A DNA stretch of 64,000 bases. Source: Patescibacteria group bacterium. Its GTDB lineage: Bacteria > Patescibacteriota > Patescibacteriia > GWA2-46-9. The DNA lies in the NCBI GenBank assembly GCA_041675205.1, contig JBAYUF010000001.1, positions 148,863 through 212,862 of the forward strand. Direction: 5' to 3'. The notes below the pieces were generated by a model that saw only the letters and a program-made list of their open reading frames with translations, did no database searches and was not told the origin of the DNA. Shown in pieces: positions 36,890 to 47,722 of the stretch (the stretch's first letter is position 1; the number at the start of each line of letters is the position of its first letter). The position numbers and the translations under genes were made by a program.

Positions 36890-37570
36890 ATGATTCGGGC
36901 AATAGAACTAACAAAAACATTTGGGGAAGGTGAACTTGAGGTGAAGGTTTTAAAAAAAATAACCTTAGAGATTGCCGATGGTGAATTCGTAGCCATCATT
37001 GGCCCGTCGGGTGCCGGTAAGTCGACGTTGATGTATCAGCTTTCACTCCTCGATGAGCCGACGTCGGGTCAAATATTCTTAGATGCTGTTGATACGTCTA
37101 CCTTGGACGTTGCTGAAAAAACGTCAGTGCGATTACGTTCGCTCGGGTACGTGTTTCAAGATTACGCCTTGCTGCCAGAGTTAACGGCTGCCGAAAATGT
37201 GGCCTTACCAATTCTTATGGCTGGCGTGCCTTTTGCCGAAGCAATGCAAAAAGGAGTTACCGCCTTAGAGCGAATTGGTTTAGCGGATAAGCAGCAGAAT
37301 TTACCAAGCCAACTTTCTGGTGGTCAACAACAGCGCGTTTCGATTGCTCGCGCCATCGCGCATAACCCTCACATTTTGTTTGCCGATGAACCAACAGCGA
37401 ACCTCGACACCGACAACGGGCACGTGGTGATGGAAGTTTTTCGCACCTTGCACGAAGCTGGTCAAACGATAATTATGGTGACGCACGAGGATGAGTATGC
37501 GCGTTACGCAGACCGCATTATCACCATGAAGGACGGCGTAATTGTTACGGACGAACGACGAAAGCGGTAA
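36890..37570 (+). CDS. ABC transporter ATP-binding protein (MacB/LolD-like)
   Basis: Walker A GPSGAGKST, signature LSGGQQQR, Walker B ILFADEPTANLD. Confidence 0.85.
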   Translation: MIRAIELTKTFGEGELEVKVLKKITLEIADGEFVAIIGPSGAGKSTLMYQLSLLDEPTSGQIFLDAVDTSTLDVAEKTSVRLRSLGYVFQDYALLPELTAAENVALPILMAGVPFAEAMQKGVTALERIGLADKQQNLPSQLSGGQQQRVSIARAIAHNPHILFADEPTANLDTDNGHVVMEVFRTLHEAGQTIIMVTHEDEYARYADRIITMKDGVIVTDERRKR

Positions 37571-37574
37571 GCCT

Positions 37575-38342
37575 ATGCTGTCGACGACCGCACTGTTACT
37601 TCCTGCCTTCATTGCAGGTTTCATTACCTTCCTTGCACCTTGTACCTTGCCACTCGTTCCGGCGTACCTCGCGTTTATTGGTGGTGTTTCTTTTGGCGAC
37701 ATGGCAGATCCGCTGCGGGCGCCGTTCGTTCGGCGACGTATTTTTTTGAATGGGCTTTTTTACGTTATTGGTTTTAGCACTGTTTTTGTGCTGCTTGGCA
37801 CGTTGTTTGGTTTGGGTGGTGGGGCGCTCGTTCATTATCGAATACCACTGGCGCGCCTCGGTGGGGCGATGATTGTGCTCTTTGGTCTTGCAATCATGGG
37901 TGTGTTTGGTGGACGAATAATGCTTTTTGAACGGTCATGGCATCCGGCATTACCGGCGTGGCTACACCCAGGTACACCGCTTTCCTCGTTTGTATTCGGC
38001 GCAACATTCGCTTTTGGTTGGACGCCCTGCATTGGCCCTATTCTTGCTTCTATTTTGCTACTCGCCTCAAACGTTGGTTCGCTATGGGAGGGCGGTATGT
38101 TACTAGCCGTTTTCGCCGCTGGTCTTGGCGTGCCATTTCTTTTGGTTGCTCTCCTTTTTAGTTCCGTAACGCCGTGGTTGCGCTCGATTAGTAAGTTTAC
38201 CGCGATTGCTTCAAAAATAGCGGGAGGATTTTTGGTGCTGCTTGGTTTCCTTATTTTATTCAATAGTTTTTCAGAGTGGACTTCATTTCTTTTCCGCATT
38301 TTTGGCATGTTTAACTATAACCAAATTCTTCGCTATCTCTAG
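37575..38342 (+). CDS. ccdA: cytochrome c-type biogenesis/thiol-disulfide transporter CcdA (DsbD core) family
   Basis: Conserved Cys in LAPCTLPLVPAYL and WTPCIGPIL. Six TM helices. Confidence 0.7.
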   Translation: MLSTTALLLPAFIAGFITFLAPCTLPLVPAYLAFIGGVSFGDMADPLRAPFVRRRIFLNGLFYVIGFSTVFVLLGTLFGLGGGALVHYRIPLARLGGAMIVLFGLAIMGVFGGRIMLFERSWHPALPAWLHPGTPLSSFVFGATFAFGWTPCIGPILASILLLASNVGSLWEGGMLLAVFAAGLGVPFLLVALLFSSVTPWLRSISKFTAIASKIAGGFLVLLGFLILFNSFSEWTSFLFRIFGMFNYNQILRYL

Positions 38343-38368
38343 CGTAAGCCCCCTGGTATACTCGCTTC

Positions 38369-38920
38369 ATGACTTCACCGCTTTCTATTCCTGTGCTCCT
38401 TGGCACTGTTCGCCAAGGTCGACAGAGTGAGCACATCGCACGATACTTGCACGCAAAGCTCGTTGCTCGTGGGGTGCGTACGACCTTCGTTGACCCACGC
38501 AACTTAACGCTACCCATGACTGACGAAGGTGAAGATTTGAAAGTGCATAACCCGGACTATGTGGCGACCATTACCACAGCGGATGCGCTACTACTCGTTG
38601 TGCCTGAGTACAATCGGGGGTATCCGGGAAGCCTCAAGCGGATGCTTGATATTTGCTATGATGAGTATAGAAATAAACCAGTTGGTTTAGTCGGCGTTTC
38701 TTCGGGCATCTATGGCGGCACCCGGGCGCTCGCGGCACTACTGCCGGTGTTAAAGATACTGGGGCTTATAGCCATGCGACGAGACCTCAATGTTGGGCCA
38801 GTGAGCACCATTTTTTCTGAAGTTGACGGTAAGTTACTTGAACCAGCATTTGAAAAACAAGCCGACCAGTTTCTTGATGAGTTATTAGCGTTTGCGAAAG
38901 CCTTACAAGTCCTCAAGTAA
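38369..38920 (+). CDS. NADPH-dependent FMN reductase family flavoprotein
   Basis: LGTVRQGRQSE...VVPEYNRGYPGSLK motif pattern (PF03358-like). Confidence 0.7.
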   Translation: MTSPLSIPVLLGTVRQGRQSEHIARYLHAKLVARGVRTTFVDPRNLTLPMTDEGEDLKVHNPDYVATITTADALLLVVPEYNRGYPGSLKRMLDICYDEYRNKPVGLVGVSSGIYGGTRALAALLPVLKILGLIAMRRDLNVGPVSTIFSEVDGKLLEPAFEKQADQFLDELLAFAKALQVLK

Positions 38921-38928
38921 AAAAATAT

Positions 38929-39903
38929 ATGTCGATGGAACATGCCCTTCAAAATTTTCCTGAGCAGTTCAATTTTCAGCCAGTTGTTGTTGGTAGTGTG
39001 AATATGTCACAAATAAAACGCATTGTGGTTTGCGGCATGGGTGGTTCACACTTGGCGGCTGATGTACTTTCTGCTTGCTATCCCGAACGGCACATCATCA
39101 TACATAGCGACTACGGTTTGCCGTTTATCCGTGAAGATGAGGAAGCCGACACATTGATAATCGCCTCATCATATTCTGGAAATACCGAGGAAGTACTCGA
39201 TGCGTACGAATTAGCGAAGCGTCGTGGATTGCTACTAGCGGCTGTAGCAGTTGGTGGGGAACTTATCCGTCGCGCCACTGCGGACGGTGTCGCCCATGTG
39301 GTGTTACCAGACGTTGGCATACAGCCGCGGATTGGGCTTGGTTATAATTTACGAGGGTTGTTGGTGTTGCTTGGGGATGAAGCAGGGTTGGCCGAGACGG
39401 CCACACTTGCGACTATACTCGATGTAGCAGCGGCTCAGAAGCAGGGTGAAGCATTGGCGAAAATTATTCGCGGCAAAGTGCCGCTTATTTACGCCTCGAA
39501 TACCAACCGGGCGATCGCAAATATTTGGAAAATTAAATTTAATGAAAACGCAAAGATTCCGGCGTTCATGAATGTGTTGCCAGAGCTTAACCACAATGAA
39601 ATGACTGGCTTTGACGTGGCTCCTGCTGCTGTAAGTCTCAAAGAGCCATTTCATGTAGTTTTCCTCAGTGACAGTACAGATCATCCGAAAATAAAGCGGC
39701 GCATGGATGTTTGCAAAGCCCTTTATGATGAGCGTGGTGTAGGGACTAGTGTCGTGCCGATTGTGGGTGAGACTTTTTGGCAACGTACATTTTCAAACTT
39801 GCTCATTGCTGATTGGACGTCATGGCACTATGGTACGACGATTGGTGCCGAAACTGAGCAGGTCCCTATGGTAGAAACATTTAAGCGTCTTATTGAGTCG
39901 TAA
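38929..39903 (+). CDS. bifunctional phosphoglucose/phosphomannose isomerase (SIS domain)
   Basis: VVCGMGGSHLAADVL and SYSGNTEE SIS motifs. Overall PGI/PMI-family architecture. Confidence 0.75.
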   Translation: MSMEHALQNFPEQFNFQPVVVGSVNMSQIKRIVVCGMGGSHLAADVLSACYPERHIIIHSDYGLPFIREDEEADTLIIASSYSGNTEEVLDAYELAKRRGLLLAAVAVGGELIRRATADGVAHVVLPDVGIQPRIGLGYNLRGLLVLLGDEAGLAETATLATILDVAAAQKQGEALAKIIRGKVPLIYASNTNRAIANIWKIKFNENAKIPAFMNVLPELNHNEMTGFDVAPAAVSLKEPFHVVFLSDSTDHPKIKRRMDVCKALYDERGVGTSVVPIVGETFWQRTFSNLLIADWTSWHYGTTIGAETEQVPMVETFKRLIES

Positions 39904-40721
39904 TGTACCTAGTACTTGATATTGGCGGCACCAACATTCGTATCGCTGCAGCGAACGACACAACTGCGTTGCAAAAAATTGTTGTATTACCGACTCCTCA
40001 GGATTATAAAGAAGCTCTGCAAAAAATTTCCGAGGCAGCTAGGGCACTCGTTGGTGATAGCGTGATTGTGGCGGTGGCAGCCGGGGTGAGGGCATTGAAC
40101 CGTCACACTGGAACAATGCGGGTAAATAAGCACATACCGTTGTGGGACAACGAATCAATTTTGGATGGCTTGAAAGGAGTTTTTGGCGTCCCGGTGTATT
40201 TAGAAAATGACGCCGCAATGGCCGCGCTCGGTGAAGCGGTGTATGGCGCCGGCAAAGGTAAGCGCATTGTTGGCTACATTACCTTAAGCACCGGTTTAGG
40301 TGGGGCGCGTGTGACGAATGGTAAGCTCGATGAAACAGCCTCTGGTTTTGAGCCGGGGTATCAACTCATTACCAGTGGAGACACGGTTGTGCGATTATCG
40401 GAAATAATTTCTGGCGCGTCACTGGCGCGTCGTTATGGTATGCCGGCTAAAGATATTACTGACGTAGTGGTCTGGAATAGTGTGGCAGATGATTTTGCTC
40501 TTGGGTTAGTGAGTACAGTCGTGCATTGGTCGCCAAATATTTTGGTAATCGGTGGGGGTATTGGGTGCAGTGAAAAATTACCCTTCGAACGACTTGTGTC
40601 GCGCGTTGCTGTACTGCAGACAGCTTTTACAACGCCGGAAATTAAGCGGGCGGCCTTAGGCGACGAAGCCGGCTTATACGGTGCTTTGGCGCACCTTAAA
40701 GCGGTCGGCGTGGCAGTTTAG
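39903..40721 (+). CDS. ROK family sugar kinase (glucokinase-like)
   Basis: LVLDIGGTNIRIA N-terminal motif. ENDAAMAALGE. TAATG overlap with the upstream gene. Confidence 0.75.
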   Translation: MYLVLDIGGTNIRIAAANDTTALQKIVVLPTPQDYKEALQKISEAARALVGDSVIVAVAAGVRALNRHTGTMRVNKHIPLWDNESILDGLKGVFGVPVYLENDAAMAALGEAVYGAGKGKRIVGYITLSTGLGGARVTNGKLDETASGFEPGYQLITSGDTVVRLSEIISGASLARRYGMPAKDITDVVVWNSVADDFALGLVSTVVHWSPNILVIGGGIGCSEKLPFERLVSRVAVLQTAFTTPEIKRAALGDEAGLYGALAHLKAVGVAV

Positions 40722-40766
40722 TAATTTTTAAAGACAAAAGGACATCTCGTCCGCTATAGTGTAGGT

Positions 40767-41582
40767 ATGACAACACAAAGAAAAACAGTTGGCCTGGCAC
40801 TGGGTAGTGGAGGCGTTCGCGGCATGGCGCACGTCGGCGTTATTCGGACATTTTTGAAACACGGCATACCAATGGATTTTTTCGCCGGCAGCTCGGTTGG
40901 CGCTTGGGTGGGTGCGCACTACGCGTTATATCAAGACATTGATCGGTTAATTGACGACACGGTTGGGAAGCGGAGAGAAAAAATGAAGGCTCTTTTTGAG
41001 CCGACACTGAAAGGCGGTTTAGTGAAAGGTAGAAAAGTAGAAAAACTGCTCACCTTATTTTTGGCAGACAGCGATTTTTCTGCACTGCGGGCGCCGCTGG
41101 CGGTGGTCGCCACCGATTTACGAACCGGTATGCCGGTGGTGTTTCGTGAGGGGAAATTAGCGCCAGCAGTTCGAGCCAGCATTGCTATCCCAACTTTTTT
41201 TCAGCCAGTGCTGTATGAAGGTCAACTGCTGGTGGATGGCGGTATATCTGACCCAGTGCCGAGCGACCTGGTGCGTAGCATGGGGGCGGACATTGTGGTG
41301 GCCATCAACTTAAACGTTTTACCACCACAAACTGATCGCTTGGCAAATGGTGATTTAAAATTGACGGGTGTCAGCACTCGGACGCTCGATATTATGCGTC
41401 ACTGGCTAGCTGAACAGGCGGTGAGAAATGCCGATGTGGTAATTGCGCCAAGTATTGTGTACGCCGGTTTAAAAACGTGGGGAAAGTATTTTACGAGTGA
41501 AGTGGGGCGACAAATTATGGAGCAAGGCGCTGACGCCGCTGAAGCGGCTGTGCCGGAAATTTTGCAATTACTCCGAGACTAA
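40767..41582 (+). CDS. patatin-like phospholipase
   Basis: GLALGSGGVRGMAHVG oxyanion motif. GSSVG nucleophile (GxSxG). DGG catalytic Asp in VDGGISD. Confidence 0.8.
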   Translation: MTTQRKTVGLALGSGGVRGMAHVGVIRTFLKHGIPMDFFAGSSVGAWVGAHYALYQDIDRLIDDTVGKRREKMKALFEPTLKGGLVKGRKVEKLLTLFLADSDFSALRAPLAVVATDLRTGMPVVFREGKLAPAVRASIAIPTFFQPVLYEGQLLVDGGISDPVPSDLVRSMGADIVVAINLNVLPPQTDRLANGDLKLTGVSTRTLDIMRHWLAEQAVRNADVVIAPSIVYAGLKTWGKYFTSEVGRQIMEQGADAAEAAVPEILQLLRD

Positions 41583-42604
41583 GATTTGTTCGTGTGTTCG
41601 AGTAGTATTTCTGCAAGGCCGTCGCGAAGCGAGATGGTGGGGGTGATGCCGAGCACTTGCTCGAGGCGGTCAATATTGGCCTGACTTTTCCGTGGTTCGG
41701 TAATGGCTGGGCCGAAGGTTGGCTCGACTGATGCACTGGTGAGTTCACGAAGCAGAGTAACAAAATCATTAACCGATATTGGTTTGCCAGTACCAACGTT
41801 AATAGGCATGTCGCACTTTTCGATTGGTGCGGTAAGTGCCGCTATATTGGCGGCAGCGACGTCGCGTACAAAAATAAAATCGCGCGTTTGATTGCCGTCG
41901 CCGTAAATAATAGGGGAGGTATTACTGTGCAGCAGTTCAATGAATTTTGGAATGAGACCAGCGTAGTCGCTCGATGCGTCCATTCGTGGGCCATAGACGT
42001 TGAAGTAGCGGAGGACGACGGTTTCTAGCCCATAGAGTTTTTGATACAACGTGCAGTAGAGTTCACCCACCCGTTTTTGGAGGGCATACGGAGAGAGTGG
42101 GTCAATGGCGGCTACTTCGGGTGTTGGTAAGGTGACGGGGCTGCCGTAGACTGCGGCACTGGAAGAAAAAATGAATCGTTTAACGTTGGCATTGCGGCAT
42201 GCTTCGAGCATGTGCAGCGTACCGCCGACGTTTATCTCGTTTGTTACTTCGGGGTGTTCAATAGATTCACGAACTCGTGGTATAGCCGCCAAGTGGAAGA
42301 CCGCGTCAAAGCGGTTTGGTGGGATAACTTTTGAAAGGTCAGACGTAATGCTTTGCTCGACAATCGTCAATTTTGAATTTTTTTTATGCTGCTCGAGGTT
42401 TTCTGGCTTACCAGAAGAAAAATCATCAAGCACTACCACCTCGGCACCAGTGCTGAGGAGCGCGTCGACAACGTGGCTACCAATAAACCCAGCACCGCCG
42501 GTAACGAGGTATCGGTGTTCGGGAGTTACTGCCGCAACCTTTTTTCGTCGTGGACGAGTACTTTTTGGGGCTATGGGGGTATTTTCTACGGCTGTTATTT
42601 CCAT
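41579..42604 (-). CDS. NAD-dependent nucleotide-sugar epimerase (UDP-glucose/UDP-GlcNAc 4-epimerase family)
   Basis: Rossmann VTGGAGFIGSH, catalytic YxxxK in YALQKRVGE. Shorter start (M22 of the ORF) preferred over 42667. Confidence 0.8.
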   Translation of the reverse strand: MEITAVENTPIAPKSTRPRRKKVAAVTPEHRYLVTGGAGFIGSHVVDALLSTGAEVVVLDDFSSGKPENLEQHKKNSKLTIVEQSITSDLSKVIPPNRFDAVFHLAAIPRVRESIEHPEVTNEINVGGTLHMLEACRNANVKRFIFSSSAAVYGSPVTLPTPEVAAIDPLSPYALQKRVGELYCTLYQKLYGLETVVLRYFNVYGPRMDASSDYAGLIPKFIELLHSNTSPIIYGDGNQTRDFIFVRDVAAANIAALTAPIEKCDMPINVGTGKPISVNDFVTLLRELTSASVEPTFGPAITEPRKSQANIDRLEQVLGITPTISLRDGLAEILLEHTNKS

Positions 42605-42693
42605 ACATTGCTTAAAAAACCAGAAACATCGCAAGACAGCATTATACCATGTGGATTGACCCGTCAAGCGTAGACGGCTACGCTTCGCCTTAT

Positions 42694-43083
42694 ATGCCCC
42701 GCATTTCTCAAAAAATATTGTCAGACGTACGAGGATTCGTTATTCATGGCGCCCACACGGGTCGAACATTGGGTTATCCGACGGCCAACCTCAGTACACA
42801 CTACTTTCGGAATCACAACGTGCCGAAAGGTGTGTACGCTGGGTGGGCAACCATTGGTAATAAGACGTACATGGCGGCGGTTGTCATTGGAGTGGATGAG
42901 AAGCTGGAAGTTCACCTGATTGGTTTTCAATCTCAAATTTATGGCAGATGGCTTCGGGTGAAGCTAGTTGTTCGTTTACGAAATTTGACCCGTTTCACTA
43001 GTCGTCAGGCTTTGATTAACCAAATTGCCCGTGACGTTAAGGGTGCCAGACGACACCTTGCCACAAGCCGAGCCGCCAAGTAA
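42694..43083 (+). CDS. riboflavin kinase (monofunctional, RibF C-terminal-domain type)
   Basis: GRTLGYPTANL flavokinase motif. 129 aa. Confidence 0.65.
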   Translation: MPRISQKILSDVRGFVIHGAHTGRTLGYPTANLSTHYFRNHNVPKGVYAGWATIGNKTYMAAVVIGVDEKLEVHLIGFQSQIYGRWLRVKLVVRLRNLTRFTSRQALINQIARDVKGARRHLATSRAAK

Positions 43084-43092
43084 ATTGCGAGT

Positions 43093-44940
43093 ATGACTCC
43101 AGTCGAAGAAATAAAATCGAGACTCGACATAGTGGACGTACTTTCGGAGTACATTCCTCTAAAGCCGGCTGGGGCAAATTGGCGGGGGCGTTGCCCGTTT
43201 CATGAAGAAAAGACGCCGTCATTCATGGTGAGTAAGCCGAAGCAGATTTGGCACTGTTTTGGCTGCGGCGAAGGGGGCGATATGTTCTCGTTCATTATGA
43301 AACTGGAAGGCTTGGAGTTTCCTGATGCCTTGCGACTCCTTGGTGTGAAAGCTGGCGTTGTTGTTAAGACAGAAGCGCCAGAACGCCGAACCGAACGCGA
43401 GCGGATTGGTCGGGTGATGGCGATGAGCGTTGCGTTTTGGCAGCAGCAACTGTGGGACGCAGCTGAAGCGCGAACAGCCCGTGAGTATTTGCAAAATGAG
43501 CGACATATTTTACCAAACACTATTCGTGAGTGGCACTTAGGATTTGCCGTAAACAGTTGGGACGCTTTGACAAGCTATCTAGCTTCGCAAGGAGTGAGCA
43601 AGGGAGATATGGTAAGCGCTGGCGTCGCTGTGCGAAAAGCGGCAGCGGCTGGTCGCAGCGTCTATGACCGCTTTCGTAATCGCATTATGTTCCCGCTCAT
43701 GAATGCTCATGGGCAAGTGGTTGGTGCCACCGGGAGAATTTTACCAGGCACAGAGGTAAGTGAAACTGGGGTGACCGAGGCAAAATACGTGAACACACCC
43801 GAAACCTTATTATATAAAAAAGGTGAGGTGCTCTATGGCTTGGATCAAGCGAAGCAAGCCATTCGGCAGCAGCAGGTGGCGGTTATCGTTGAGGGAAACG
43901 TGGACGTTGTAACATCGCATCAGGCCGGTATTCGGCATGTGATTGCGGCGTCGGGTACGGCACTAACCGCAGAACACGTGCGCCTGCTTAAGCGCTATAC
44001 GAATCGGGTGGCTTTTGCGTTTGATAGTGACGTGGCAGGGGAGTCGGCGAGCTTGCGAGGTGTAATTACGGCACTTGAGGGTGGACTAGACGTACTTCGG
44101 ATAGTGCTACCTAAACGAAGCGACGGCTCAGCATACAAAGATCCCGATGAGTGCATACGAGACAACCCGCAACTATGGGTTGCTGCAACAGCAGCGGCGC
44201 GCCCGTTCCTCGATGACCTCATGGAGCGAGCCACGACACTTCGTGATTTGCGGGATGTAAACGAAAAGCGAGCGGTGATTGCCGAGTTCATGGCGTTACT
44301 AAAACGTATACCTGATTCGGTCGTGGTGGCGCATTATCGTCAGGAGCTTGCTCAACGAGTCGGTGTTTCAGATGCCGAACTTACCGCCGAGCTGCGGCAA
44401 GCGAAGACCGTGCGAGACAGACCGCAGTTCGCTACTCATGCGCAACCAAAAGCAGCGGCTGATCCAAAACGGCGACTGTCGGAACGACTATTGGCCGGTA
44501 TTATTGCCGCACCAGAGCTGTCGAGCTATGCCTTTGACGTCCTGGCACCCGAGTATTTAGACGAAGTCGTGCAGACGCTGTACAAGGAGATGACCCTCTT
44601 CTATACTACGAATAGCAACCAGCCTATTATTTGGCTTGGACAATCATTTGCAAAATATCTTGCCGAGTTACAGGGTGGCGCCGCCCTCGCTGAGCAACTC
44701 GACGTTTTATCGCTCCTTTTCGATCACTCCATGGGCGACGGAGAGCCAGATGCAATTCGCCGCGATATAACCGAGGCGGTTCGTTTGTTGAAGCGTCATT
44801 TTTTACGCGAACGGTCTGAAGAGCTTGCTCGACGGATTGCCGCCTTAGAACGTCTGCCAGACAAAGATGAGCAGACGCTGAACGATTTACTTACTGAGTT
44901 TCAAAGAGTCAGCTCTTCTCTTACGCATCTAGAATCATAA
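43093..44940 (+). CDS. dnaG: DNA primase
   Basis: Zinc ribbon [11 protein letters not shown]...CFGCG, Toprim EGNVDVV...DSDVAG. Precedes rpoD as in the canonical dnaG-rpoD arrangement. Confidence 0.9.
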   Translation: MTPVEEIKSRLDIVDVLSEYIPLKPAGANWRGRCPFHEEKTPSFMVSKPKQIWHCFGCGEGGDMFSFIMKLEGLEFPDALRLLGVKAGVVVKTEAPERRTERERIGRVMAMSVAFWQQQLWDAAEARTAREYLQNERHILPNTIREWHLGFAVNSWDALTSYLASQGVSKGDMVSAGVAVRKAAAAGRSVYDRFRNRIMFPLMNAHGQVVGATGRILPGTEVSETGVTEAKYVNTPETLLYKKGEVLYGLDQAKQAIRQQQVAVIVEGNVDVVTSHQAGIRHVIAASGTALTAEHVRLLKRYTNRVAFAFDSDVAGESASLRGVITALEGGLDVLRIVLPKRSDGSAYKDPDECIRDNPQLWVAATAAARPFLDDLMERATTLRDLRDVNEKRAVIAEFMALLKRIPDSVVVAHYRQELAQRVGVSDAELTAELRQAKTVRDRPQFATHAQPKAAADPKRRLSERLLAGIIAAPELSSYAFDVLAPEYLDEVVQTLYKEMTLFYTTNSNQPIIWLGQSFAKYLAELQGGAALAEQLDVLSLLFDHSMGDGEPDAIRRDITEAVRLLKRHFLRERSEELARRIAALERLPDKDEQTLNDLLTEFQRVSSSLTHLES

Positions 44941-44942
44941 GC

Positions 44943-46199
44943 ATGACCAAGAAGATAGTGAAGAAGGTGAAGAAACCAATAAAGGCAGTTAAGAAATTGA
45001 AGAAGGTTGTTAAAAAGGCATCGCTGAAAGCGCCTAAGAAGCCTTTGAAGAAAATCGTTCAACCAAAAACTGCTGGCGTAAAAACGGCTGAACGAGCAGT
45101 TAAGGTGCAGGCAGATGAATTACGTATTCAGACACTGCTGACAAAAGGACGGTCACGAGGATTCGTGACCGAAACTGAAGTACTGTATACGTTTCCTGAG
45201 GTCGAAGAATATCTGGATCGTTATGAAGAATTTTTGGATACCCTGGAAGACATTGGTATTCAAAACATTAGCACCGGCACCGGCATTCTCGACATGCATA
45301 GTGCTGCCAAGAAGACTGAAATGGCGCAGCGCATGGGGTCGTCATCTGACAAGCGACGGTTGGATTTGACGGATATTTCCGCGGACTCAATTCAAATGTA
45401 TCTTCGTGAGATTGGTAAGGTGCCGCTCCTTCACGCTGAGGAAGAAATATCCCTCGCCAAGCGGAAAGAGCGGGGCGACGAGGAAGCGAAGAAGAAACTG
45501 ATTGAAGCAAACCTTCGATTGGTCGTTTCTATTGCGAAGAAGTTCACTGGTAAACGACTTTCACTTTTGGACCTCATTCAAGAAGGCAACATTGGTTTGT
45601 TTCGTGCCGTGGAGAAATTTGAGTACCGCAAAGGTTTTAAATTTTCAACGTACGCGACGTGGTGGATTCGCCAAGCCATTACCCGCGCTTTGGCTGATCA
45701 ATCTCGAACCATTCGTATTCCCGTGCACATGGTTGAGACAATTAATAAATTTCAGCAAATTGAACGGCAACTCATTCAAGACTTAGGTCGTGAGCCGTAC
45801 CCTGAAGAAATCGCGGCTGAAATGGGGGAGACGTTAGAGAAAATTCGGCACATCATGAAAATTTCTCAGGACACGATTTCACTAGAAACGTCTGTCGGCG
45901 AAGATGATGAAGATTCAACTTTGGAAGACTTCATTGAGGACGTGAAGAACGTTACGCCCGATAGGGCGGCGGCGCTGCAGCTATTGAAAGACTACGTGAA
46001 AAATATTATTCAAGAGCTGACGCCGCGAGAGCAGAAAATTTTAGAGATGCGGTTTGGTTTGGAAGACGGCGTAGCTCATACCCTGGAAGAAGTGGGGAGT
46101 GAGTTCGGTGTTACCAGAGAGCGTATTCGACAAATTGAGGCTAAAGCTTTGGAAAAAATTAAGAAGCACGAACTCATCGATCGGCTTAGAGATTACTAA
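44943..46199 (+). CDS. rpoD: RNA polymerase sigma-70 (primary) factor with Lys-rich N-terminal repeat region
   Basis: Regions 1.2 to 4.2 present: YLREIG, 2.x [16 protein letters not shown], 4.2 [21 protein letters not shown]. Confidence 0.9.
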   Translation: MTKKIVKKVKKPIKAVKKLKKVVKKASLKAPKKPLKKIVQPKTAGVKTAERAVKVQADELRIQTLLTKGRSRGFVTETEVLYTFPEVEEYLDRYEEFLDTLEDIGIQNISTGTGILDMHSAAKKTEMAQRMGSSSDKRRLDLTDISADSIQMYLREIGKVPLLHAEEEISLAKRKERGDEEAKKKLIEANLRLVVSIAKKFTGKRLSLLDLIQEGNIGLFRAVEKFEYRKGFKFSTYATWWIRQAITRALADQSRTIRIPVHMVETINKFQQIERQLIQDLGREPYPEEIAAEMGETLEKIRHIMKISQDTISLETSVGEDDEDSTLEDFIEDVKNVTPDRAAALQLLKDYVKNIIQELTPREQKILEMRFGLEDGVAHTLEEVGSEFGVTRERIRQIEAKALEKIKKHELIDRLRDY

Positions 46200-46218
46200 C
46201 GAAAAGTATTTGAACGTG

Positions 46219-46254
46219 AAAACAGACAGGGGCCTCCGGGTCCTGTCTGTTTTA
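46219..46254. terminator. bidirectional terminator
   Basis: AAAACAGACAGG-ggcctccgggtc-CTGTCTGTTTT, a perfect 12-bp stem between convergent rpoD and the second sigma gene. Confidence 0.6.
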
Positions 46255-47163
46255 CTGCTCGTTTTCAAGTAGTATTTCTAGCGCTCGTTTCTGCCGGAGG
46301 ATGTTCTCCAGCCATGCTTCTGTGTACACGGCGTTTGCAGTTTGCAAGCAGCGCCAAAGCCGCTTGATTGTCTGGTTGACCATTTGACGAGAGACGCCGT
46401 GTTTCTTGCCGACTTCTTCCAAGGCTATTCCATCGTCATTCCAGATGCCGTGACGATCGATGAGGAACGAAGCATTTCGTTCTCGCAGTGCCTTGCGCCC
46501 CCTGGCGTCAGCACGGTAAACGTCGGCGACGAACTGCTCTAGTCGAAGCGTAACGTCGACAAGTTCACCTTTTGCCATTCGTATCGTTTCTGGCGCTGGT
46601 GCACCAGCAGCCATAACGTCGTGAAGTGTGCGACTTTCGCCATCCTCGGTCATTAGCGGTGCATCGAGCGATCGTCCACGTTTCGGAAGCACCGGCTCTG
46701 ATGCGGCATCAATAGCGGCACCAGTTACATCAGCGTGCTTCATAATTTCATCTCGTGTTGGTTTCCTCCCTAACGCAACTTCGAGAATCAACGTGGCTGC
46801 TTTGATGCGCTTGGACGCAGCGTAGAGATAGCTGGGGTAGTGAACAGCAGTATTTGCTGTAGCGTTGGCACTATTTAAGGCGCCGAGTATGTACCAACTA
46901 GCGTACCCTCGAAAATTTCCGCCTTTCCGTTCGTCGAAGCGTATGGTGGCTTCAACGAGGCTGCAGTATGCGATTTGCTCTCGCTCCTCAGCTGTCAGTT
47001 GGCGACCCATGTTCGTAATTCTGGCAGACCACCGTGCGAACCATAGGTTCCTTTCAACGAGCTCGTTTCGGGCGGCGAGATCACGATTTTCTCGCCATCG
47101 TCGCGCTAGCTCTCGTTCGAGTTCTGCGTCTTCACTTTTCGATTTCACTGTATCCTCCTGCAC
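46252..47163 (-). CDS. alternative sigma-70-family sigma factor
   Basis: Region 2 FRGYASWYILGALNSA. Region 4 HTH LEEVGKKHGVSRQMVNQTIKRL. Confidence 0.65.
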   Translation of the reverse strand: MQEDTVKSKSEDAELERELARRWRENRDLAARNELVERNLWFARWSARITNMGRQLTAEEREQIAYCSLVEATIRFDERKGGNFRGYASWYILGALNSANATANTAVHYPSYLYAASKRIKAATLILEVALGRKPTRDEIMKHADVTGAAIDAASEPVLPKRGRSLDAPLMTEDGESRTLHDVMAAGAPAPETIRMAKGELVDVTLRLEQFVADVYRADARGRKALRERNASFLIDRHGIWNDDGIALEEVGKKHGVSRQMVNQTIKRLWRCLQTANAVYTEAWLENILRQKRALEILLENEQ

Positions 47164-47226
47164 CCTATGTTTTGAACTGGGTGCGACGTCGCTACACTAC
47201 CGACAACAGCTGTATAACGTCAAGTT

Positions 47227-47637
47227 TTAAAGAAGCATTTTTAGCGCAAGGAGCGCGATAGCTGTGCAAATGCTGGCAGACAGTAAACACCACGTGCACC
47301 ATTCACGTAAAATGAAAGCCTGAATGGCAGTGAGATAGAGCGAGAAGCAAAAGGCAAATAGTGAAAGGATGAACGTTGCAGTGATGAGCAGCGTGCTTTC
47401 AAGGCCACTAATAATAGCCACTATATGTGCTACTGCGGTAAAGCCATAGTAGGCCATACCCAGGAACTCAAGTGGAATACCGAATAATTTTGAATATCGA
47501 CTGTGCACCACGGTCTCGCACTTGTGTTTCGTTATGGGGCAAAGCAGTGGTACTGGGCCATGTTTGTGCCGGTAGACATAAAGTGCAATGGCAAAGCCGG
47601 AGCTCGCGAGAAGAATTATGGCAAGATGAAATAACAT
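47227..47637 (-). CDS. vitamin K epoxide reductase (VKOR) family membrane protein
   Basis: C-terminal CTWC redox motif plus an earlier CPITKHKC loop cysteine pair. Four TM helices. Confidence 0.65.
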   Translation of the reverse strand: MLFHLAIILLASSGFAIALYVYRHKHGPVPLLCPITKHKCETVVHSRYSKLFGIPLEFLGMAYYGFTAVAHIVAIISGLESTLLITATFILSLFAFCFSLYLTAIQAFILREWCTWCLLSASICTAIALLALKMLL

Positions 47638-47688
47638 AGTTGCGCCATAGTAACGTATGCAGAAGAAACTGCCTAGTCATTCCATCGC

Positions 47689-47716
47689 TTGACATACCCC
47701 CAGGGGGGTATATAGT
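47689..47716 (+). promoter_or_regulatory. sigma-70-like promoter with embedded CsoR-type operator palindrome
   Basis: TTGACA-N16-TATAGT. The spacer is the palindrome ATACCCCC-A-GGGGGGTAT, matching the known CsoR operator pattern TACCC-N-GGGTA. Confidence 0.55.
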
Positions 47717-47722
47717 GTCGGT

